Assembly: GCA_029953675.1 (NCBI GenBank)
Contig: JAMWBK010000003.1
Coordinates: forward strand, 806,001 to 870,000
Length of the DNA stretch: 64,000 nucleotides
Direction of reading: 5' to 3'
Source: Rhodosorus marinus CCMP1338
Lineage: Eukaryota; Plantae; Rhodophyta
The notes under the pieces were generated by a model. It did not search any database. It was given only the letters and a program-made list of their open reading frames with translations, and was not told the DNA's origin. The first letter of the stretch is position 1; each line of letters starts with the position of its first letter. A program made the translations under genes and the position numbers. This document shows, in pieces, positions 36,201 to 46,811 of the stretch.

Positions 36201-39200
36201 AGAAGGTCTCGATTACGACCCCAAGCAGAACATTGTCCGAGTAGAGGCCCTAGAATCCTCCCCAAACGGAGTTTTGTCGATGATCAACGAGGAGGGAAGG
36301 CTTCTTGGGGGCAGCGAGGACGGCCTTTTGGAAAAGCTAAATACGTTTCCCTTCCGCGAATCTTCGGATGTTCCTATGGTTGAAACTTCCATGATAAGCG
36401 ATAACAGCTTCGTGTTCCACCATTTTGCTGGTAGAGTGAAGTACAATATGGAGGGAATGATCGAGAAGAACAAGGACTTTCTGCACAGAGACCTCGAAGA
36501 AGTGCTCGCGGAGTCTCTATGTCCTATTCTCTCATCCGCGTTTTTGGGGAAGAACCCGTCAGCGAAGAAATCGGGGAGGCGGGGCCAGAGCGAGCTCATG
36601 TCCGCAAGAACTGTGTGGGTAGAGTTCAAGCCGCAGATCAACGAACTTGTGGAAGTCCTGAAGCGGACAACTCCTCGTTACGTACGCTGTTTGAAGCCAA
36701 ACGATGCTCTGGAGCCAAGGTTGTTTGAGGCAGCGAGAATTTTGCAGCAGTTGCAGTATTCCGGAGTCCTGGAGTTCATTGACGTACGCAGAAACGGCCT
36801 ACCGGTTCGTATGCGGTACTCCACGTTCAAAGAACACTTCGCGGTTATCACGGCAAGGGAGCTGAAAAGTCAGCTTCCACGAGATACCTGTGCTGGTGTT
36901 TTAACAGCGGAGGCAGAGTTCGCCAGCGAGTACTACACCTCGGCTGGCCACGGCAGCGACATTTCGGTTAAGTGGGCACTCGGGAAGACAAAGGTGTTCA
37001 TAGCCGACGGTTTGCACAAATGGCTGGAAGACAAGCGTCTGCGAGTAATTCATGACACCATGGTTTTCTGTTTGAGCAAGATTCGTGCGCGAAAAATCAG
37101 AATTGAATACTTGGAAACCAGAAGAAAGATCATCAATTATGAGGTCGCTGCGAAGAGGTTCCTGGCAATGAATCATTTGCGACGAAGTGTGGCTGCTTGC
37201 CAGATCCTTCAGAGAAGCGTTCTTGCGCATGTTGGGAGAAGGTGGTTTGCAGATGTATCAAAATCGTCTCGAGTGCTTGTGTCAGCCTGGAGGAAACATC
37301 AAGCTCGAGAGGAATATGTATTCAATGAACTCTCACAGATGCTTATCAGCATGAAACTGAGAGAGCGAAAGTCGAAATTGACAGCACGTAGGTATCGCGC
37401 AGCGAGGACTCTTCAATCTCTGCAGCGGAAGAGGGTGGTTAGACGGAGAATGGTTGCGTACCAGAAGCTGAGAGCCTTCTTAATTTACGGCGGGGTGGTT
37501 AGGAGACTGACCAACTCGATGCGGGCGTGGAAGGAGAAATATCTAGAGCGGCGAGAACGAGGAGCGATGACTATCCAGCAGGCTGTTCGGAAGAGTAGAG
37601 CCGGCCAGGAGCTTTACCACGCTCGAAAATTCATTCCAGTGCTCTCTCTGTTCAAGACTGTTCTCGCGAGGAAGAGCTATGCTCACGAATGGCGGAGCTG
37701 CGTAATTATCAGTGCCATGTACAAACGAAACGCTTCTCAACGCTCGATTAAGCAGTCAGCGAAAGCTGCGACGGTCTTGACTAGATACAGCAGATCTTTG
37801 ACAGTGAAGAAACAGTCGTCTGCCACCAGTGATGGTGTTCAGAAACTCCAGCGTTCTATTCGAAGCTTCCAGGCCAGAAGAGCGTTGAATACGAAGGCTT
37901 GTTGGACCATTCAACGGGCCTACCGTGGAATAATTGCGAAAAGATCCTTCTCGAGCGAGGTTGGTAGTGTGGGAGTTATATCTCAAGCAGCCCGAGTCCT
38001 ATCCGCCAAAGCACTTAGGGAGATCCTGGTTCGTGTGTCACCGTCGCGGTTTAATTCCGATGAGCACGCGGAAAGTATACACGCGGTTGTGTTCGGGCCA
38101 CCTGCAAGTGGAAAGAGCTCGTTGGTTAACACATTGTTGTGTAGGAGAGCACGTACAGTTGAGTCTCTCGATTTTGATGATCCACTGGATGAGTTGGAAG
38201 GAGAAGACGACTTCGACATCGACGATGATGAGGAGGGCGTGATTGCCACGGTTGGCATACCAGGTGGCAAGTTCCAGTTGAGTGACACGGAGGCAATCAG
38301 CGATTTTACTAGTGCCGCTATGGTCAAGGAGGAACTTGGCGAAAGAGGGTACGACTCGATCTTTATTTTTGTTGATAAGATTAATTCTCCGCGAACCCCA
38401 AGAGAAGCCCTGCGGGCCCTTGCCAAGGCCTTCGGGAAAGGAGTCTGGGAAAGAACCTTGTTCGTTTTCACCAATTGTGATGTTAACGTACCTGGGCTCA
38501 GCTTTGCGAAACTTTTTCAGCGGAAGACAACCCTCTTGAACAAGACGCTCCATGCCTTGAGTAACAGCTCGGTTATGCCAGAATGCTTCGCGATAGACAA
38601 CAGAACGGCTCGATACAAAGCGGAGTGGATTGAATCGCTGCATTCTCTCTATGGCTCCATCGAAGAGTCAAGTCAGAGGCTAAGAAACGAGCGTACGGAG
38701 AGTGCCCTTGTTCTTCAGACAATCTACAGGCAGTTCGCCAGTCATGTGGTCTTCAGAACCACGAAGAAGTCTTTTGAAGATAAACGCGAACAGAGCGTGT
38801 CGCAGGTGTTGTGTACTGCTTGGAGAGTACTCAACGCAGCGCAGATGAAGCAGAATTTGATTTCCAAGGGCGAGAGGCTGCAGTGCTTTTCGCGCATGAT
38901 TATTGGGAAGAAACATGCTGTTCACACCAGCGAGAAGATCGCGAAATTGCTGAACTTCCTACGGGGCGTGTCCGCACGGAGCGGTTTTCTCAAATTGGCC
39001 AATTCTGTGGTCGCGTTGACCACTATGATGAGAAGTCTCGACCCTAGACGTGATTTGCTCGTGACATATAAGCAAGCTACGATAGTTCAAGCCGCATATC
39101 GAAGATCGTCTTCTACGATGCACAGCAAGGTGCTTCGCCTGGCAGCTCCGAACAGATTCGAGACTGGACCCGACAGGCAGTTCATTATTTGCGGGCCTGC

Positions 39201-42200
39201 AGGAGTAGGGAAATCGTCACTGACACATTTGATCCTAGGCGACAACTACGGGTCAGAGGCAAATGAGTTTCTGGATGATGCCGGAGACATAGGGATGGAC
39301 GTGTCGATATTTACCAAAGGTAAACTATCTATGTATGATACTCAAGCACTTGGCGATGTGTCAACCCCCGACTCTCTAAGGAAGGCGCTTGCGTACCCGG
39401 AAAAGCATGCGTCGTCTGTTTTTCTATTCGTTGATCGCTTTGGGTCTCACAGATTGCCGCGAGGCAGTTTGAGAACCTTAAGTCAGGCGCTGGGACCCAG
39501 AATCTGGCGCCAAGCGATCATCGTTTTGACCATCGACGATGAGAAAGATGGAGTGGGCGCCGCTGACAGTGAAGCGCTAATGAAACGGAAGGAACGAGCT
39601 TTTAATGCAGCCATCACATCGATCATGGCGGAGCTTGCAGACGGTGATTCCCTTTGTCATGTTCCCGTTCTCGCGGTTGACTGCAAAGATGGACGGAAGT
39701 CTACCTCGGCAATGGAACGGGTGACGAATCTCATGGATGCTTTGGAATCTGTCTCCGATAATCGAATCCGTAGAGTTCAAAGCGCTCAAGAGGTGGTTTC
39801 CAGGTTGCAGAGGTCGAAAACCGATAGGTATATGCTGTACGAAAAGTTGAAAGCACAGGCGCTTCTATCCGGCATTGCCCGGAGCATGACAGCCAAAGCT
39901 TCGAAGAAGCTGGAACTCGCGAGGACTGAAGCCGCCGCGACTACTCTTCGCGGAGCAGCTCGTCGCGTGCACTACTTGTGCGGGAGGGACTCTGTGAAGA
40001 TGGTCGGGTCGTTGACCAGACGCTCAGCCGCGAAGAGCTGCTACACTCGACAACGCAGATCTGTTCGCACCATCGCCATCGCGCAGAGAATTTTCATGGC
40101 AAGGCGAGAGCGAGATGTGTTCTTACGTGCGTCACCTATGAGATTCAAGGCGACTAGGAAAGCTCGACCGGTTGGGGCGGTCGTATATGGACCTGAAGGA
40201 GTTGGAAAAAGTTCTTTCATAAATCTGGTGCTGGACAAGAACAAGATGCAGGTCCGAGATACGCTTCTCGCAAGTTTGAAGATGGAAAACGAAGGACAGA
40301 ATTCTCCCGTTTTATTTGCCGACGTGGATCCCAACACAGCGTTTCGGATGTATGAAACTTTTCCAGTGGTGGATAGTATTTCCGCCGCTGCGGTTGCAAA
40401 TTCTTTGCGAGACCCGTTGGAGCATCCTCTGACAAGCTTTGTGCTGGTAGATCGGTTCGACAACCACAGGGTGCCGAGGGACGTGATTGCTGCCGCAACA
40501 ACTGCGTTCGGTTGGAGCGTGTGGAAGAGATCGATTATTGTTCTATCCCATGGAGATCTGCTGGAGACTTACAAGAACAAGATCAACGAGGATGTGGACA
40601 TCCTGGACCTAAAGTCAAAGGCCTACAACTCGTGCATCAATGAAGTACTGGAGGAAACAGAGGATGAAGCATCGTCAAAGTTCACCGCAGAGGTACCTGT
40701 AGTGATCGTCGATAACACAGCCACGCGTGAGAACTATGACGTGCTCGAAAGTGTTGCGCACTTCTTGGATCTGCTGAAACTGCATGCCGGGAGCCGAAAC
40801 TATCTGTTCTCATTCCAAGGGCTGCACTCGCAACCAACTACAGCGTTCCAAGCCTCGCCGTCCAAGGGTAGACAAGGAGCTTTTAGGGCTGCAAGGTCTA
40901 TGGAACCTGAAGCTCCTCTTGGGGTTGGGAAAGAGAAGACTCCTGATTCTGAACCTCATAGGACTAGTCCAATGAAAGAAGTGCCGAAAGCCCGGACTGC
41001 GAATTCCAATAGCAGGCTTCGAATTCCACGGTCGAGGAAACGCCGTTCTTACTACGAGACTCTGAACTTGCCGGAGGACGCGAGCGAGGCTCAAATTCGA
41101 TCGGCATATAAGGAAATGGCTAGAATGTTCCATCCCGTAAGTTCTCGCTTTTGATCTATTTTTTGGCTGCAGGTCACAGCATGTTTTCATCCTTTTTGTG
41201 GCCAACTAAGCTGGAGAGAAACTGCGAGACCCGCCTCTCACATGCTTTTCCGCCTGCGGACTGCTGACAGGACCGTAACCGAGACGACATAGAAGCTGCA
41301 GCGACGATGTTCAGAGAAGTGACGGAAGCTTATGAGAGGCTGATAGGAGCGAAAAGTGCAGGCCCTCTTGGTGACGGCGACGCACTTGCTCATCATACTG
41401 AAGGGGAAGTTTACACATCCACGAGAGGTTTTCCTGTGTACATAAAGACTATTCACAGGCGATATTGGACAGCAAGAGAGGGTGAAGAGGTACGAACACT
41501 TCTTGGACACGAGGTGTTTGTCCTCCGAAAAGCTCATATTTTCTTACTCTATCTTGTCGTTCAGCTGAGGGCTTTTTGCAAGGAACGAGATCTTAGCCCG
41601 CTAGAGAGGTTCGAGATTCGGTGGGTGAACCAGGGAGGATTCGTTATCAGGGCCCATGATGAGAGGGTTGTCGTGCTCGCAAGAGAAGGGGATAGGCTGA
41701 TACTCGTACCGCAGGACGAGGCTTTCAGCGACCCGGGCGATGACAAGGTACCTCGGTACATGTTCAAACTACTATTCTTGGAAGACGGCAAGTTCGTTAT
41801 TTCTGCGGCAAACCATAGGTATGCACTCATGTCCAAGCAACGGTTATAGAATGATCACTGACACTATGTGGCGACTCACCTCTGACAGATTTTTGTGTGG
41901 CGAGAGAGGAGGTCGTTTGAGAGCAAATCGAGATTCAGCGAAGGCATGGGAAATGTTCAGCTGGCGTCTTGCACCGAGTGAAAGCGGAGAGGAGTTCTCA
42001 TGGGATCCTTTGGTGGTTAACCTTTCAGCGCATACGAAGAATTTCATCGACGTGAATCCGCACGAGGCGGCAGTCACTTGCAAGTCATCGCATCCGGCAA
42101 CAGCTGAAAGGTAGGTGTTCATGTGCTCAACACGCCAGGGTATGCACTTGCAACGGAACTTGGAGACTAAAGAAGGTTTCTCTCGGTTCTGTAGGTTCGT

Positions 42201-42642
42201 TCTCGAAGCCGTCTATGGACAAATGTTCAGGCTGCGGGGAAGCGATGGGCGTCTGCTGTGTGTGGCATTTGATGGTACACTGGTTATGGCTGATGAGGAA
42301 TCAGAGGACTTTTTGCGTGCGGTGCGCAAGAGTGAATTCTTTGCCGATTTCTTAGACTTTGGTCGGGTCGTACTATCAATTGTGGACGTACATAACAGAT
42401 TGTACGTATCGGTCGAGAACGAAGCTTTGGAGTTGAGAAACAGATGGCGGAAGAATGCCGAGTTGAGACTGCGGGTCTGCTTTGAGGACACGCAGATGAT
42501 GCGCCAAATTGAGTTCTTTTCAGATGATCATCTGCCTTGGGTTGATCAGATGGAAAATGAGGAGGAGGTAAAGGCCAAGCCCAGCATACCGCCTCAAGCG
42601 GAGGTGATGCCGACCAAATTCAGTAGGTATCGGCAGTTCTAG
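33268..42642 (+). CDS. Unconventional myosin (about 3,003 aa): repeat N-terminus, motor, IQ-like repeats, 3 Toc34/AIG1-like GTPase domains, J-domain, fascin-like repeats
   Basis: Motor motifs GDSGAGKTES, NSSRFGK, LDQAGFE, YVRCLKPN, GKTKVF; P-loops GPPASGKSS, GPAGVGKSS, GPEGVGKSS; YYETL..FHP|D; exons 33268-41136, 41271-41489, 41565-41818, 41889-42110, 42195-42642 join in frame (9,012 nt). Confidence 0.9.
33691..34071 (+). repeat. Coding tandem repeats: 12-bp (KPTS) x5 and 24-bp (xKPVPAxA) x8
   Basis: aagcctacatcg units 33691-33750; gccaagcctgttcctgctactgcg-like units 33880-34071. Confidence 0.95.
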
Positions 42643-44258
42643 ATTTGGAATTATTCTTTTTGTCAATAGTTGGAGCTGGTCCTTGGTTGGGGTGCGTTTT
42701 GGGGATGTTGTATGCACTCGATGTAAATAGCGAAACGAATAGCGGGGTTGCTTAACAAGTAAATGGCATACGGGAGTGTTATGCGAAGCGTTCGGCGCAG
42801 CGAGGAAAGGGAAGGCGCCCGACATCCTTCCTATAATAGAGGGAGGTGCGGAACCCACCCACCTACAAGCCCTTCCATAGCAGGACTCCGAAGTACCGCC
42901 CTCTATCCAGAATGACTTGCTTGTGTTGCGACGTCGATAAATTCCGAGGTTGACACCCGCTCACCAAAAGGACGCCGTGCGGGGGTGTGAAGGTGCGACC
43001 TGGCTGACACCTACGTGCAAACAGATCGTACCGTGACAAACATCCGTTTCCGCACCCTGCACGCCACCCAAAACTTATGCTTCCAGCTGTACCCTCAACC
43101 CCCTCCCACCCCCCCCCCCCAAAAAAATCAATTCCTGACATGGTTCATCCCATGCTAACAACCTCACCGAAGAAGAAAACTAAAAAAAGCAGCCGCAAAT
43201 AAAAAATCTCTTCATCGGCCAATGGAGAAAAAAAAAGGGAAAAAATTGGTACTCAACCTTTCCCCTATACACTTTTCTCCCCTCACACTATGACACGCAC
43301 ACAACACATAACAACGTACCCGACTAAATGCCTCACACCGCACCCACACCCCCCGCCCCCGGCGTCAAAAGAAAGACTGGAAAAAAAAGAAGAGAAAACC
43401 CAAATTATTTATCAAATTTCAATACGGCTGACAGTTAAACAACTGTTTCCACGGCCGCTACACTAAAACATTCCGAAAATACAAAATAATATCTATTTCC
43501 ATTCCGTTTCCTTTTTTTTTCTCATCAAAAAATATATATATACAGTATTTTTAGATACAATCTCCAGGCCCTCAAAATAATCACAAAAAACAAAATCTTG
43601 TCTTTTCCATTAATGTCTCTTCCCCCCCGCTCGTTGAACAAAATCGATTCTCTTTTCTGTATGTATGTTGGGGGGGGAAGGTGTTTATTGATGGGGAAAC
43701 AAGTGTTGATTTCATAAGGGGTAACATGTATATAATAAATGGAATTATGTAATATTTCTGTATAATTTGGTTGATGTTGCAGACATATTTGGGGGGTATT
43801 GCTTTATGTTTATGACTTTGAAGGGAATATGTTTAGGGGTGGGGAAGGATGGAATGGATTTTATTGTGGCATGGACGCTTTATTGGGATTGATTCGATTG
43901 GAGATTTTTTTGTGTTTTATTATGGTATTGGGAGTCAGTCGATGCGATCGGATTGCTGAGCTTTTTTTTGCTGAGCTTCTTGCTGAGCTAGCTTTGGGTC
44001 TTTATAAGTGGGATTCAATGGTGAAGAGGAGGTTGAGGATGGTTGGGTTAGAAGTGAATTGGTGGTATCGTCTGTATATAGTAATATGGATGAAGTATTC
44101 TAATGTGTTAGCTGCTTTTGTGGGGGGAAGGGGCGGGGGAGGTGTGTGTGTTTGAAGAAGTCGGGTGTCTGGTTTGGTCGTCGTGACTGTCCGTTTTTTT
44201 CTGGGTTTGGTGTGTGTTTGTTTTTGGGGGTTTGTTGCGGGACTGCGTTGAGGAAAAG

Positions 44259-46503
44259 ATGTTGAAGTCTGTGAGGCTGGTGAGGAGAGTTGGCATTGGC
44301 AGACGATGTATGAGCACTGCTGCTGGTCTCAATGGGGATATGACCTTCCTGGACGGCGTAGATAAGTGAGTCAAAGCGGATTTTTCAGTTCAGCGAGAGA
44401 GAATGTTGAAGCCCCGTATTCGCATGGTTGCTACTGTTGATGTGGATGAGATGGTTTTTGTCTGATGTCTGTTTGTGCTTCGTCGGCCTGCGCGATATTT
44501 TTCTCTAGGTTTTTTGATGATGCAGCCGCGAAGTTGCCAATCGAAAATGGGATACTAGAAACCATCAAATCATGCAACTCAGTTGTGCAGCTCTCGTTTC
44601 CATTGAGGAGAGACGACGGCTCCATTGAAATGATAGAAGCCTACCGAGCTCAGCACTCTCATATAAGGCTCCCGTGCAAGGGAGGGATTCGGTTTGCTGA
44701 TTCAGTGCGTAGACTCGTCCCTCAACCAGTCCGCACTGCCCTCGAGCTTTTTTCAATCCACAAAGATTTTCTCAAACCCCAACCCACGCGTCTTGACAGG
44801 TCTCCCAGGACGAAGTAGAGGCGCTTGCTGCCTTGATGACCTTCAAGTGCGCTGTCGTAGACGTCCCATTCGGAGGGGGAAAAGGTGGAATCAAGTTCAA
44901 CAAACGCGATTATTCAGCACGAGAAGTAGAAAAGTACGAAAGCTCCAAAAACCCTAAAGTCAATGCGCACTGCTCTAATCTCCTAAGCTAACGTCTACTC
45001 CAGCATCACGAGGAGATATACTGTTGAACTCATCAAACGGAACACCATCGGACCCGCAGTCGATGTACCGGCTCCTGACTACGGAACCGGGCCAAAGGAG
45101 ATGGCATGGATTAAAGATACTTATCAACAGATGAAACCTGATGACATCGATGGTATCGGTTGTGTTACTGGTGAGCCTGCTCTTCACGGACTCTTTCATG
45201 GAGTAAACGAAGGAGACTGAAACCCTCTGTTCAATCAAATCGACACGAATCAGGTAAACCCGTTACTCAAGGAGGCATCCGAGGTCGAGAAGGAGCGACT
45301 GGACTTGGTGTATATTTTGGTATCAGAAAGCTCTTTAGCAACGAAGACCTGTTGAAGAAGGTCCACCTGAGCTCTGGTATAAAAGGGAAGACGTTCATCA
45401 TCCAAGGCCTTGGAAATGTCGGGTACTGGGCTGCTAAACATATTCAAGCGAGTGGCGGAAAAGTCGTGGGGATTGCTGAACGTGATGGTGGAGTTGTAAA
45501 TTCCAATGGGTAAGGAAGACAGAAAACCAGTTGTTTGGTATAGAACCCCGAAGTGAAACAGAGAGCAACTGAGCTTTTTACTTCTCGTTTAGGTTGGACG
45601 TGGAGGATATAAGAAGCTACTTTGTAGGGAACAATGGACTGCTGAAGGGGTACACGAAGGGGGAGTTTGTCACAGATTCGGGAGAGTTGCTTCAGAGCGA
45701 ATGCGATGTGCTCGTTCCAGCGGCTTTGGAAGGTAAAGAGGAACGCTCCATGGCCTGTGTGTTAAGAAACTACCAGGTTCAGCAGAACCTGGAACTGACC
45801 AGCTTAATACTTTACAAACGACGTCTGCATGTTTTGGTAGGAGTGATTCGGTCTGATAACGCTAGGAAGATCAAGGCTAAAATCATTGCTGAAGCTGCTA
45901 ACGGGCCGGTCACTTACGAGGCCGATGAATACTTAACCAAGAAGGGTGTGCTGATCCTTCCTGACTTGCTCCTGAACGCTGGCGGTGTCACAGTTTCGTA
46001 CTTCGAATGGGTAAAGAACTTAGGAAGGCTTCGGTAAGCGATTATTCCACGAAACAACGCTTGGTACTCTCATGGCCGAGCTGGCTCTGACCAAAGGTCT
46101 TTCTTCTCGCCAATTCAAGTTTTGGCCGGATGACTAGACGATTTGACGAAGAAGCGATGACGTCGGTATGCGATGTGCTTGAGGATGTCGGCATGAAAGT
46201 CACGGAATCCCACCGAGCGAAGCTGCAGGTAGGAGCAGACGAGGAGAAGCTCGTGGTTTCAGGTCTAGAGGATACAATGGTTAGTTTATGGTTCCCTCCT
46301 GTTTGTGCTAGATAACCTCCAATTTCAACCGGCTTCTTTCTGAACCTTTCTACCTACCGTCGTCCTGACTCCCGAAGATGGACGCAAGCCAGACAATGTA
46401 CAACGTTGCAAAGGAAAACGGCGTTTCTCTCCGTATCGCAGCGTACATGATGGCTGTTAGGCGTATCGCGAGCGATTATGGATACAGCGGCATCTTCCCT
46501 TGA
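44259..46503 (+). CDS. GDH: Mitochondrial glutamate dehydrogenase, 8 introns
   Basis: [37 protein letters not shown]|[43 protein letters not shown]. Confidence 0.95.
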
Positions 46504-46811
46504 TGCGTTCGCAACGCCATAGAGAATGAACTCGACAACAAGAACCATTTGCTTTGGGATATTTCCGCTCTGTTTCACCTACTTCGACCACCTGATAGCT
46601 GCTGGAGATGAACATGAAGGGCGCCTGGTTCTCAACTCTTCCACGCCCGCGGCTGTGAGGTTCCATATCCTGCCGTTGATGACGGACCAACGGGAGAAAA
46701 GCCAGCAACGAACGGGAGGAATACAGCTAACAATTTCTAGTATACACTAAAAACTACACAAAATACATACGTGAAAGTACAGTTACTATTCCGCTTCTGA
46801 GCAAAGTGTTC

